Source: a virus. From it: a stretch of 64,000 nt of DNA. Both the position numbers and the translations under genes were made by a program. The notes beneath the pieces were generated by a model that saw only the letters and a program-made list of their open reading frames with translations, was not told the origin of the DNA and did not search any database. Of the stretch, positions 1-10,894 are shown in pieces; position 1 is the stretch's first letter, and the number at the start of each line of letters is the position of its first letter. The stretch is taken from positions 9,499 through 73,498 of IMG/VR virus record IMGVR_UViG_3300033816_000195; one strand, given 5' to 3'.

Positions 1-1
1 T

Positions 2-3000
2 AAACTTTGTTTTATCTGTATTTTTTCCTGCTTTCTTTAAAGCTTCTATTTGAGCTTTTGTTTTACTAATACCTGCAAAAGAATCTATAACTAAAGGATT
101 TGCTTTAAGATTAACTCTTGACCACATATTTCCAAAACTAAACTGCCAGTTAGCATTACCACCTACGTTTTCTTTATAAGCTTGTTTTTCAATTTGAGGA
201 GCAATTAAATTAATAATCTGTTGTGTATCAGATTCTGTAGGATTAGTTTCAGCTTTAACTACTCCATAATCTGGAGAGATAACTTGAACATTAGTATTTA
301 CAGGAGCTCCTGTAGGTTTAACAGAAGATTTAGGATATACCTCATCAGCTAATAACATCTTTTTACCAGTTGCTAAGTCTACATTTTGTATGTAAACTTC
401 TTTTGTGGCATTATCTATCATATCATAATAACCATATGAGTTTAGATTCCACTGTGCACTTTCAGGCATAGTTTGTCTTTTACCCGTTACATTATTATAA
501 AATTCTGTAAATAAAGTTTTTGGAGTAAAGAATACTTTAGGTTTAATGTTATTACTCTTACTTAAGTATGTGTTATAAGAAGCAACGTCTTCTGCAGACA
601 TAATAACAGGACCCTCTGATAAACCAGTTAATAAATCAAATGATTCTATAAATTCATCTTTTACTTCTTTAGCATGAGAACCTTTTAAAGGAACAGAATA
701 GTTCTTGAACATTTCTTCACTTACAACAGTATCATATATTCTATTTAAAATTTTATTTGTATCCTCTGCAGATATAAAATAATTTTTAAAGAAATCATTT
801 ACTGAACTACGCATTAATTCTTGATACTGTTCAGGATCTAAAGCTTTTGTAAATCCAAATTTAGTAGGCCCAACACCATGCTGATAAAACATCATTAATG
901 AGAACTGATTAAATAAGTCTGATATTCTTTTATTTAATTCTGGATCATCAACTTTTTTAATAGTAACATCTCCTAAATTACGCAAGTTAGAGTAATATAT
1001 TTCTGCTAACTGTCCTTTTACAAGCTTCTTATTATTTAATTGTAGAAGTTTTACATTAGCTCTTCTTGTTTCAGCAGGTGCAATCTGTGATAATATAGGG
1101 TATTCTGATTTTACTTTATCTGATAAACCTCTTATAAGATCAAGTATAGTATCTGAATAACTATATTTAGTAGAGCCCATTATATAAGCTTTATTATAAC
1201 TACTTCTTAAAGCTCTTTCAGATAACCATGCTTCATATGCATCTTCAGGAATATTACCTAGTGTACTTAAAAACTCTTTATATGCTAAATCATTTTCTAA
1301 GGATTCAATAGGATTTTTAACTCTTAACGCCTCTCTTTCTAAAACATATTTATAGTAACTATTTAAATTTAAGAAAGGATTTTGATTAGGTTTAAATACA
1401 TCTAGACCTTGTTCTGCATAATTTCTAGCAGTAGTATTTCCTTCTAAAAATACTTTATTATTAAAGTCATCTTCAATAGCTTTTGTATTTACAATCATTA
1501 CACCATTTTCTACAATAGCATCAAAGTCTGCATTATCATCTATTAAAGTAGGAAAGCCTCCAACTTCAGGGCCTACATTAACTAATTTACCATCTTCATT
1601 TTGAAAATTAGAAATATAGTTTTGATATATAAAGTTAATTACACCATTATTATAAGCTTTAGTAAAGTTTTCTTGTCCCTTTATACCTGTTCCAAATTTT
1701 GATTTTATAAGTCTTCTTTCCTGAACTATTTTATCTGATATAAAAGTACTGATGTCAGCATTTAATCTTAAAGGAAATAATGGTAATATTAAATCTAATA
1801 TTAAATCATCTATATTAAATGAAGATACTACAGAGTCTTTAGTTAATCTTTCAAAGGTTCCATTGTCTATTTTACTAGACTGAGTAAGCATTTTATAATT
1901 ACTTTTTCTTTGTCTTACTTGTTGAGTTGTAGTTAATGTTGAAGTATCTGGAGCAAAAGACTGTTGTAAGTTATCCATTCCTTCAAATTGTTTTTCTAAC
2001 TCAATAAAGTTCATGAATAAGGCAAGTGATTTTAAACTTGAACCATCATTTGTTGATATACCATCATATAAAGTTTCTAACTTAATATCACCTGCTGGTA
2101 AATAAGTTTTTGATAAAACTTCTGTTGTAAAAGGAATTGTTGAATTATCTAATAAATCTCCTACCTCACTAGCAGATTTATATAGTATTTTATTATACTT
2201 ATCTTCTGATTGATTATAAAGAAATATCTTATCTACCTCAGTTATTTTTTTAGAGTTTAACTCATTTGCTAAATCATTTATTGATAGCAATCTTCCTTTA
2301 TTTGCATTAGGGGTTATAACAAATACATTTTGATCTTCTAACTTTCTAACTGTATTAATAGCAGCTCTTAGTTTTTCACGGTTTACCTTATTTAGTAAAT
2401 CAGTTTTTTGTCCATCATTTAATGTATCTAATATAGGTATTGCAATATCATATAGGGCTGTACTCTTAACCTTAGAAGCTTTTTGACCATTTATAATAGT
2501 ATAGTATGCACTATTCATTAATCTTTGGTCTTCCATGTATTTTTTAATCAAAGGTTGATTAACAAACATGAATACTTCTTCTTCATTTACTCCTGCTTGT
2601 ATTAAGTAACTAATTACATTAATACCTTCTGGAGTCATCTGTAGATCAAAAGGAAAAGGATTTTTTGCTCTATCTAATATACCATTAAGATTATGTGAGT
2701 TTAAGTCAGTAATTCTACTACCTTTTTGTGTTTTTTCTCCGGATAATGAAATTACTAATTCACCCTTTTCATTTTTAACTACATTATGTAAAAATCTCAT
2801 TACTAAAGGTAGCTCCAATGGTTTTATAATTAACTCACCTGTATCTAAATTAAAGAACTCATCTTTATATGTATTAGGCATTTTAGCTCCAATAGTTTTA
2901 AATATAGTATGGTTCTTTGTTATTTTAGCTTGTATACCTAATGAAGGCTCTAAAGATAAATTAGCAGCATGTTTATACAAGTTATAGGTTGCCTCTAATA

Positions 3001-6000
3001 ATCTTGTAGGACTTATAACTGTTTTTCTTTTTCCATCTTTATCAGGAGCTGATTTATTAGGCTCAATATTTCCTGGGTTTTTATATCTATCATAACCACT
3101 TCTTGTTTTCTCTAAATACGGTATATATTTATCTACCAAGTGAGTCAAGTTTGGTGTAACTAGATATGCATAGTTTTCAGGAAGAGCTAACAAAGATGTA
3201 TGAGTTTCAATATATTTATTTTGTAAATATCTTTTCTGTTGCTCTATTAATTGTTCAGAACTTATTTCAGGAAGTTTTTCAAAATCTTCTTTAGTTAATC
3301 TTTTATTAGAAGCTTTCTTTTCCTCAAACTGTTTCTCAAGTTCTTGAGCTTTCTTTAATTTATTTTCAAAATCAGGAATTCCTTTACTAATGTAATTACC
3401 ATCTTTATCAATGTTAGCCATTGCAAAGAAAAGTTTATCACCATCAAAGTCAGAACCAGCTTTAGCAACTATTTCTGTAGGAACAATAACAGTATTACCA
3501 AATGCAGGATCTACAAAATGCCATACTTCAGCACCTTCTATAGTATTTGTAGCATCATTTGGAATTCTTGGTCCACCTATAGTAATTGCTTTTCTATTAT
3601 TACCTGTATTCAACCATTCCTCATCTTTGATAAGCTCATTAAGTCTTTCAATGGTACCTATTTTTTGACCTTTATATACTTGGTTTAAAAGATTATTATA
3701 AGAACCTTGTAAACTAATTGCTACTTTCATCATTTTTGTAGCTGCTCTTTCACCAGTTTCTTTATTTATAATCTCTCCTCTTAAATAAAAAGGTAGAGTG
3801 TTAGATCCTAATAATTTTTTTCTTTCTTCTGGATCGGTTACATTACTAAATTGTGTGTCCCACCAACCATTTGTAAATGATGTAGGTGCTTGTACCAGTG
3901 GTTCACCATTAGTGGTTTGTTTAATTAGTCTTTTTTGGATTACACTCATTAACAACTGCTCAATATCCTGAGACTCAGGATGAATAGAAAGGTCCATTGT
4001 TAACTGACCGTCATCAGTTGTATTTACTAACTTAACTAAGTGATTAGGTACATCTTTTGCTGATAATTCTTCTCTTATGAATTCAACAAAGTTTTTAAGA
4101 TTACCTTCATATCTTTTAGTTTTTTCATTATACACATAACCTATTTCATTTAATAGATCTGATTGTAATAACTTTGTGTAATCTTTAATGGTATTTAAAT
4201 AACTATCTATTATTTGTTGATTATTTTTATTTTTTATCTCACCATTTTCAAACAAGTTATCTAAAATAATAGCTCTTGTTTGTGTAGCTATTGGAAGCTT
4301 GCCTTTAAATTCATCATTAATTACAGTAACTTCTTTTAAATTAGCTAAGTAAATTGGATTTAATGTAAATTCTACATCATCAGAGATAGCTTTTTGTTGA
4401 TCTGAAGCAAATATATTATCTAGTTTACCTGTAGAAGTTAAGTTAGCAGCTTTAGATCCAGAACCAAATGTAACATATTGTACATTTTCTCTAAGCATTT
4501 TTTTATGAAGTTTATCTAATTGAGAACCTTCTTTAGCATTAACACCTGGAATTAAAGGCATAACAGAAAACTTATGCATTGCTGTAGTAGCAATTAAGTC
4601 ATTCTTTAGTGCACCAAAATAATGTAATTTATAAATAGGAAAGTACTGAGCAGCCTCAGCTTGAGTAACTTTTTCACCATTTATAATCTTTTGATATAAG
4701 TTCTCTTGAGCTATAGACCATCCTCTACCTGTTTTATGTAAAGCTCTATATGCATCTATTGTCATATAAGCCATACCATCACCTTCAGTCATTTTCTCAA
4801 ATGCTTCAGCATTTAGTTTTGTAAAATACTCTGCAGTTTCATTATCATATGTTTTAGAAAACTCTTCTTTCCAGGCAGCTTTCATATCATCTAGATATAT
4901 ACTTTTTCTTTCTATATCTTGAATAACAGCAGTATTTAATATGTCTGAAAAAACATAATTGTCATAGTTTATTTCACCATTAGTTTTTGCAGTCTCTATT
5001 GCAGCATAGGTTCTTAGCTTTTTTACATTTTGACCTGACTCATTTTCAGTTTCATAAGGTGCATTAAATGTATTATTAATAAAATCTTGAGTGCCTTGAT
5101 CATATAAGAAACCTGTACCATCTGATGTAGCTCCTGGAATCCTTTTAGACCAATCTTCTTTTGCATGATCCCATTGAGCAAAATCACCAAACATTATTAT
5201 AGATGTTTCAAACTTATGTATCCAATCATTATAAGCATATGCTTTAATAATATTATCTGTTATAGTCTTATTATTTCTTATTGCTTTAAGTTCTTCTGAT
5301 GTAGGTGACTCAGAAAGTTTAACACCAGCTTTTCTTAAAAGAGACTCAGATAAATAAGGAACATCTTGATAGTAAGTTTTAGAATAATTAGAAACTAATT
5401 CATTAAAATAATTTTTAAAATCATTAGATACTAGACGTGCTAACTCTCTATCAGTTTTTAATGAAGTTCTTAAATTAACATTTATATTTTCTTCAATAAG
5501 ATTATATAATTTTGTTTTAGTCTCCCGGCTCAGTACAGTATCAAATGCACTGAATACTTCTCCGGCATAAATCTTTTTACCATTAACTTCATCTACTACT
5601 CTATTATAACCTGTAATTTTTAAAAGCTCATTTCTTTGTGATCCTTTAAACTTTTTTATTCTATCAAACTCTCCTTCTAAGTAACCAGAAAGATATTCAA
5701 CTATAGCATAATTTTCTCCCTTGTTACCCTCAAAGAACATATTGATATCTACATACAAGTTTTTATCAGCACCCTTCTCAAGAACTAATCCATTTTCTAT
5801 TCCACCTATAACTCTAAAACCTTGTGAAAACTTTTTCTCAGAAATACGCGGTAGTTCTGCCCAGCCTGCAAGAAGCATACTATGAATCTCTTGTAGAAAC
5901 TTGGATTTATCATCTAGTTCAGTAGTAGTATTACCTAGATCATCATTTATATTAGTACCATCTACAGCAATAGCTTCAATATATCTACCTTTTTTTCTAT

Positions 6001-9000
6001 CACCATTTTCTTGATATCTATCAAATATACTATTCAGTATTTTTAAATGTCTAGTATAAGTATTTATAGTAGGGTCAAGATAACTCATATAAGAATACTG
6101 TTTATCTTGCCATAGATCTGTTATTTTTTCTACATTGTTAAGAGCATCTAATCTAGCAGAATAGGTACTATAGTTTATGTCTTCATATCCTGTATTACCA
6201 TTAGATCTAATTACACCAGCTGTAGCTGAATCATATCCATATTTACCTTGTAATTCAGCAAGTCTTCTTAACTGAGTATTCTCATTAAAGTCCTCTTTTA
6301 TTATTCCTGTAAATACATCTTTTGGTACAGTTGTTTTTAAAGTCTCAAGTGGGTTTAATCTAAATTTATCTAAATATTCTTTTTGAAGTGGAGTTAATGT
6401 TTCACCTGCTTGTTCAAGTAACTGTAGTTCATTAAACTCTATTACAGCATCAAATATATAAGGTAAACCATAGTAATCAGAGTTTTTATCAAGTTCAGAA
6501 ATTATATTTTTGTTTGTATCTAAACCAATACCTATAGCTTGAGCAAACTCTAAAGATTTAGATTTTTTTAAGTTCCCGCTTTTTTCTTTAAACTCAGATA
6601 CAATTGCATTTAAATTTAAAGAAGAAACATTATTTGCACTCTTATTTATATATGGAGTTTTAGGAGAACTCTTAAATTCAGAAATCCATCTACCCTGTAT
6701 AGAACTAATAGATAAAGAAGCTTGTACAGATTGTAAATCAAACTCACCATTATCATTTAGTGTAGCAAACAATTGCATGTATTTAACTTTAGCTTTACCA
6801 AAGTCTTGTAAGAATTGTCTACTTATATCAAATTCATAAGTGTTTCTTGTATTTGGTTCAGGATATTTACTTTCAATTAATTGTTTAATTTCCGGAAACT
6901 TTTCTGCTTCTCTAACAAGAGCATCATAAGCTTTTTGTCTATCTCTTATACCACCAATAGTTTTTGCTACAATATTAAATATCTTAGAAAAATCAGCTCT
7001 TTGTTTAAATCCAAATCTATCTACAGGAGTTTTTCCTTGAGAATCTACTTTAAACAAACTCTTTAATATATAAGCTGTTTCTTTACTCATTAATTGTTGT
7101 AGAGAAACCTTACCCTTTAACTCATCATTATTTATTTCTTCTTGTCTTGTAACACCTTTACCAACTTTTGTTGAGTCAATTGCATTATCCTCACCATCTA
7201 GTATTTCTGTATAATCTGTTTCATACTTTTTCTTTGCTACTTCATAGTCTGTATTTTCTAAATAGTATTTAATAACACCAGTTTTATTATCTCCCCAGTT
7301 ACTAAGAGCTAATTGTAGTATTCTAATATTATCTAGTATCAGAGCTTGATCATCAGATAAATTTAAATTAGGCTGTAAAGCTTTTTGATTAAGTTCAAAT
7401 CCTGTATAAGCTTTTGCCTTACCTTCTACATAGTTATTATATTGTACTTCAGCATCCTCTAAATTAGATACTACAATTATATCTACAGGTTTACCATTCT
7501 CATTTTTAATTTCTTTATGCTTATAAAAATCAGAAACAATTTTTATAGTACCTGCATATGATTCACCTTTTACTCTTTCACCTTTCTTTAAAGAAGGATC
7601 AAGTTTAGAAAAATCTAAAATTTGAGAAGCTAAGAATACATATTTATGATCACCTTTTTTATTAGTTAATTTGGCAGATGCATAATCTTTTATATTCTGT
7701 AAAGTAGATAACCCATTAAAATCAAAATCTGGTTTTAATTTATTTAGTTTATCTTTTTCTGTTTTAAGTTTATTTTCTAAAACTTCTCTAACATTATTTA
7801 AAAGAATTTCTCTTCTTTGAGTTTCAACAAGAGTAGCGATAGTGATAGCTTTAGCTCCAGGAACATTTTTATATTTCTGATATCTCTCATCTATAATTTC
7901 TGCAATTATAGAATCTATTGTAGACACTAACTGTGTACTATCTTGTTTACTAAGTATATCTTCTCTAGGATTTTCTACATTCCTTACACCTCTGTCTAAA
8001 GAGAATAGTTGAGCATTGGATATAAGTGGCGTATAACTATTTAAATTACCAACTCTCAAATTGTTAAACAATTCTTTTGCCATTGGTGAATTTAATGCAT
8101 CTATAGTAACATCTTTTTTGTTAAACTTCTTAAGAATTTTACCTAATAAAGCTTTTAAAAAATTTAATATTTGTCTAAATAAAGTATTTTTAACCGGAGT
8201 TTTAGTTTCAGGTTTTTCAGTCTTCATGTAGTTTCTGAAATCTTCTGCTAACTTTTCTTCTAATTGTCTTATCTTTGCTGTAGAGTAGCTATAGGTTTCT
8301 CCATTTTCTAAAGTGAAGGTTCCCTTTAAAGATCTCATCTCATTATATAGATCAGTCTTTTGTTGAGGAGTTAAGAATAATTGTGAGAAAGCATGCCATG
8401 CCTCATGATATATTGTTAGATTTTGGAATATACTACCTTTCTGAACATTATAATTTATCTTACCAAGTCTATCTGGATTTGCTAAAGTTCCCGCACTTAC
8501 AATAAAAGTAGCATATACATCTGAATTTACTATATTCATTATAGGATTCAAGTCTATTGCATCTCTCATGGCTTTCATTCCAGGACTATTCCACCAATCA
8601 ATAGACTGTTTTATTTTCTTTGCACTTATTTTTTCATCTAAGTTTTTTCCTTTTCTAAATAATCCATCTATTAAATCATCAGGTTTATTAGAGTTAGTTG
8701 GATTATTATGAGGCTGAGGAGCTTCTGGCTGAACAATATTTTGTATTATATCAGTACCATTTTTAATTTCAGCACCATCAACTTTATTATCTATAATGCT
8801 ATTTATATAATTAATTTGTTTTTGTGAAAAGTAATTTATTAAACTGTCAAGTACTTCTCTAGCAAATTCTTTAGTGTACTCGGGATTATTTTTTATTTCA
8901 TTTACTAATAGTTTAGTTAAATGAAATGGTTCATTTCCCAAAATACCTTGACGAGCCATCTGATCAGTATATTCTGGTGAAGTTATTATATTATATAATC

Positions 9001-10894
9001 TTGTTGCTTCTATATCAGCTGCAGTAGTAGTATTTACAGGTATGAATTCATCATCAACAGGTTCTTGTGTTTGTTCATCTGTAACTATATTAGAAATTGC
9101 AGGACCTGTAGGAGCATTAAACTGTAATGAATAGTTAAAGAATCCTGGGTTATTTTCTATGAGTGAAATATTAGGATTTTGAGCAAGTATTAAATCATAA
9201 TAACTTTTTCTTTCAAATGTTTTACCACCTTTATAAACTCTATATGAGTTATTTCTTAGTGCATCATTATCATAACTTATAAAAGTATGATACCCTTTAT
9301 AACCTTTAGTTAAAGCATTAAATAAATCTTCAGAAGCTTTTGCTGTATTTTCATTATTTAGATTAGTATTAGATAGATTATATTTAGCTATTTGGTTTAT
9401 TAGGTTAGGTTTCTCATATATATTTAAGAACAATGAGTTTTTTTCAAAATTATATGTTATGTCAAAATTTCTAACACTTTTTGTCATTCCTATAGGAATG
9501 AACTGTTTAATAAAATCATATTTTTCTTGAACGGTTAATTCTGAATTTATAATGATTTCTGAAATTTGTTTTGCTATATCATTATTTATTCTCATCCTAT
9601 CAATAGGAAACTGTTCACCATTTATTCTTATGGTTCCTCCACCTTGCTTTACAATACCATTTTCTTTTGATTCAGTTTCAATTGTTTCTATAATTTTTTT
9701 AGACTGATTAGGAAATGTTATTAAGTTTTCTAGAGATATAGTTGTAGCAGAATCTAGAGTAGTTACACCATTAGTCATTCCTGTAATAGGTAATAAGTAG
9801 GCAGCATCTGAAGGCTTTCTTCTTAAAGCAGCATCTTGTATTTTTTTAAGAGTTGCTAAGTCTTCCTCTTGTTCTTTTATTATTGAATCTAAGTAAACTT
9901 GTTTATCTCCAAATTCTTCTTTATAAGTACTTCTAGCAATTTCTTTTGGTGTAAGAATAGCATTCTCATTACTATAAATATTAGTAGTTACAAGTTTATT
10001 CTCAACTACTCTTACTGGTCTTAAGAATTGGTAAACAATTTTACCTTCATTTTCATTAGAAATATTACCGGCATCATCAAAGTAAAGTTGATTTCCTGCT
10101 TCATCAGATAATATTAATACAACTCTTTCATTAATTTTTAAAACTCCTTCAGGTGTTTTAGCACCAATTGATCTAGCTTTTATAATTTCATCTTGAGTTG
10201 TTTCATCAAATAATGCTTGTCTATTTCCAGTAGCAAAATCATTTAAATTATAAGCTCTAAAGAATAGTTTTTTACCTTGATACATTACACCATCTGTAAT
10301 ACTTTGATTGTTCATACTATTGCTTATAGAAGCCATTGTATTAACAATATGTATTTTATTTGGATCTATTCTTTCTACAACAAGTTCTTTAGAATTTTTT
10401 GCAGAAGGTTTTATTTTAACATATGATTGACCTGTACCTGTTAAAGGACTAAATGTTCTAAATCTTCTTGAAGGTATAACTGGTTCATTAATTACTGTTT
10501 CTTTTATTTCAATCTCATTTTCAGATATATCATCTGTATTTATACTAGCATTAATTTCATCAGCATTTACAGGCTTGTCAAATTGTTTTAGTACATTATT
10601 AATACCATCTTCTGATCTAAAAGATACGTTTAATTCTTTTAATTTATTTACATCAATATTAATATTACTTTCAAAAAAATATGAAGTATATACACTTGAT
10701 ATTAATTTAGGTAATGATGCAATGTATTTTGCTGCAGCTTCTGGTGAACCATTAGCTTTAAGTTCATTATAAAAATTTTGCATGAACTCATTTGGATCAA
10801 AACTTCCTTTTTTTTCTGCCTCTTTTAAATTTGCAACAACATATGAATAAAGTGATTTTATTATCTCTGGATCATTTATAGCACATTGGATCAT
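2..10894 (-). CDS. Giant virion-packaged DNA-dependent RNA polymerase (crAss-like, phi14:2 gp66 type) with zincin-like domain; 3' end lies outside the window
   Basis: Not in the ORF track. The ATG at 10894-10892 overlaps the upstream TAA (TAATG). Spot-checked segments share one frame: HEAWH (8393-8407) followed by EEKLAEDF, TEGDGMAY (~4770-4790), PIYKLHY (~4620-4640), GPRIP (~3560-3575), GSDFDGDKL (DFDGD 3437-3451), and the frame is still open at base 2. Not every codon was checked for stops. Confidence 0.9.
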   Translation of the reverse strand, partial: MIQCAINDPEIIKSLYSYVVANLKEAEKKGSFDPNEFMQNFYNELKANGSPEAAAKYIASLPKLISSVYTSYFFESNINIDVNKLKELNVSFRSEDGINNVLKQFDKPVNADEINASINTDDISENEIEIKETVINEPVIPSRRFRTFSPLTGTGQSYVKIKPSAKNSKELVVERIDPNKIHIVNTMASISNSMNNQSITDGVMYQGKKLFFRAYNLNDFATGNRQALFDETTQDEIIKARSIGAKTPEGVLKINERVVLILSDEAGNQLYFDDAGNISNENEGKIVYQFLRPVRVVENKLVTTNIYSNENAILTPKEIARSTYKEEFGDKQVYLDSIIKEQEEDLATLKKIQDAALRRKPSDAAYLLPITGMTNGVTTLDSATTISLENLITFPNQSKKIIETIETESKENGIVKQGGGTIRINGEQFPIDRMRINNDIAKQISEIIINSELTVQEKYDFIKQFIPIGMTKSVRNFDITYNFEKNSLFLNIYEKPNLINQIAKYNLSNTNLNNENTAKASEDLFNALTKGYKGYHTFISYDNDALRNNSYRVYKGGKTFERKSYYDLILAQNPNISLIENNPGFFNYSLQFNAPTGPAISNIVTDEQTQEPVDDEFIPVNTTTAADIEATRLYNIITSPEYTDQMARQGILGNEPFHLTKLLVNEIKNNPEYTKEFAREVLDSLINYFSQKQINYINSIIDNKVDGAEIKNGTDIIQNIVQPEAPQPHNNPTNSNKPDDLIDGLFRKGKNLDEKISAKKIKQSIDWWNSPGMKAMRDAIDLNPIMNIVNSDVYATFIVSAGTLANPDRLGKINYNVQKGSIFQNLTIYHEAWHAFSQLFLTPQQKTDLYNEMRSLKGTFTLENGETYSYSTAKIRQLEEKLAEDFRNYMKTEKPETKTPVKNTLFRQILNFLKALLGKILKKFNKKDVTIDALNSPMAKELFNNLRVGNLNSYTPLISNAQLFSLDRGVRNVENPREDILSKQDSTQLVSTIDSIIAEIIDERYQKYKNVPGAKAITIATLVETQRREILLNNVREVLENKLKTEKDKLNKLKPDFDFNGLSTLQNIKDYASAKLTNKKGDHKYVFLASQILDFSKLDPSLKKGERVKGESYAGTIKIVSDFYKHKEIKNENGKPVDIIVVSNLEDAEVQYNNYVEGKAKAYTGFELNQKALQPNLNLSDDQALILDNIRILQLALSNWGDNKTGVIKYYLENTDYEVAKKKYETDYTEILDGEDNAIDSTKVGKGVTRQEEINNDELKGKVSLQQLMSKETAYILKSLFKVDSQGKTPVDRFGFKQRADFSKIFNIVAKTIGGIRDRQKAYDALVREAEKFPEIKQLIESKYPEPNTRNTYEFDISRQFLQDFGKAKVKYMQLFATLNDNGEFDLQSVQASLSISSIQGRWISEFKSSPKTPYINKSANNVSSLNLNAIVSEFKEKSGNLKKSKSLEFAQAIGIGLDTNKNIISELDKNSDYYGLPYIFDAVIEFNELQLLEQAGETLTPLQKEYLDKFRLNPLETLKTTVPKDVFTGIIKEDFNENTQLRRLAELQGKYGYDSATAGVIRSNGNTGYEDINYSTYSARLDALNNVEKITDLWQDKQYSYMSYLDPTINTYTRHLKILNSIFDRYQENGDRKKGRYIEAIAVDGTNINDDLGNTTTELDDKSKFLQEIHSMLLAGWAELPRISEKKFSQGFRVIGGIENGLVLEKGADKNLYVDINMFFEGNKGENYAIVEYLSGYLEGEFDRIKKFKGSQRNELLKITGYNRVVDEVNGKKIYAGEVFSAFDTVLSRETKTKLYNLIEENINVNLRTSLKTDRELARLVSNDFKNYFNELVSNYSKTYYQDVPYLSESLLRKAGVKLSESPTSEELKAIRNNKTITDNIIKAYAYNDWIHKFETSIIMFGDFAQWDHAKEDWSKRIPGATSDGTGFLYDQGTQDFINNTFNAPYETENESGQNVKKLRTYAAIETAKTNGEINYDNYVFSDILNTAVIQDIERKSIYLDDMKAAWKEEFSKTYDNETAEYFTKLNAEAFEKMTEGDGMAYMTIDAYRALHKTGRGWSIAQENLYQKIINGEKVTQAEAAQYFPIYKLHYFGALKNDLIATTAMHKFSVMPLIPGVNAKEGSQLDKLHKKMLRENVQYVTFGSGSKAANLTSTGKLDNIFASDQQKAISDDVEFTLNPIYLANLKEVTVINDEFKGKLPIATQTRAIILDNLFENGEIKNKNNQQIIDSYLNTIKDYTKLLQSDLLNEIGYVYNEKTKRYEGNLKNFVEFIREELSAKDVPNHLVKLVNTTDDGQLTMDLSIHPESQDIEQLLMSVIQKRLIKQTTNGEPLVQAPTSFTNGWWDTQFSNVTDPEERKKLLGSNTLPFYLRGEIINKETGERAATKMMKVAISLQGSYNNLLNQVYKGQKIGTIERLNELIKDEEWLNTGNNRKAITIGGPRIPNDATNTIEGAEVWHFVDPAFGNTVIVPTEIVAKAGSDFDGDKLFFAMANIDKDGNYISKGIPDFENKLKKAQELEKQFEEKKASNKRLTKEDFEKLPEISSEQLIEQQKRYLQNKYIETHTSLLALPENYAYLVTPNLTHLVDKYIPYLEKTRSGYDRYKNPGNIEPNKSAPDKDGKRKTVISPTRLLEATYNLYKHAANLSLEPSLGIQAKITKNHTIFKTIGAKMPNTYKDEFFNLDTGELIIKPLELPLVMRFLHNVVKNEKGELVISLSGEKTQKGSRITDLNSHNLNGILDRAKNPFPFDLQMTPEGINVISYLIQAGVNEEEVFMFVNQPLIKKYMEDQRLMNSAYYTIINGQKASKVKSTALYDIAIPILDTLNDGQKTDLLNKVNREKLRAAINTVRKLEDQNVFVITPNANKGRLLSINDLANELNSKKITEVDKIFLYNQSEDKYNKILYKSASEVGDLLDNSTIPFTTEVLSKTYLPAGDIKLETLYDGISTNDGSSLKSLALFMNFIELEKQFEGMDNLQQSFAPDTSTLTTTQQVRQRKSNYKMLTQSSKIDNGTFERLTKDSVVSSFNIDDLILDLILPLFPLRLNADISTFISDKIVQERRLIKSKFGTGIKGQENFTKAYNNGVINFIYQNYISNFQNEDGKLVNVGPEVGGFPTLIDDNADFDAIVENGVMIVNTKAIEDDFNNKVFLEGNTTARNYAEQGLDVFKPNQNPFLNLNSYYKYVLEREALRVKNPIESLENDLAYKEFLSTLGNIPEDAYEAWLSERALRSSYNKAYIMGSTKYSYSDTILDLIRGLSDKVKSEYPILSQIAPAETRRANVKLLQLNNKKLVKGQLAEIYYSNLRNLGDVTIKKVDDPELNKRISDLFNQFSLMMFYQHGVGPTKFGFTKALDPEQYQELMRSSVNDFFKNYFISAEDTNKILNRIYDTVVSEEMFKNYSVPLKGSHAKEVKDEFIESFDLLTGLSEGPVIMSAEDVASYNTYLSKSNNIKPKVFFTPKTLFTEFYNNVTGKRQTMPESAQWNLNSYGYYDMIDNATKEVYIQNVDLATGKKMLLADEVYPKSSVKPTGAPVNTNVQVISPDYGVVKAETNPTESDTQQIINLIAPQIEKQAYKENVGGNANWQFSFGNMWSRVNLKANPLVIDSFAGISKTKAQIEALKKAGKNTDKTKF

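Noticed and set aside
1-10893. Apparent 10.9-kb ORF-free region as non-coding or RNA locus
   Set aside because: It is an artefact of the ORF caller needing a stop codon; the region is the RNAP gene running off the window edge.
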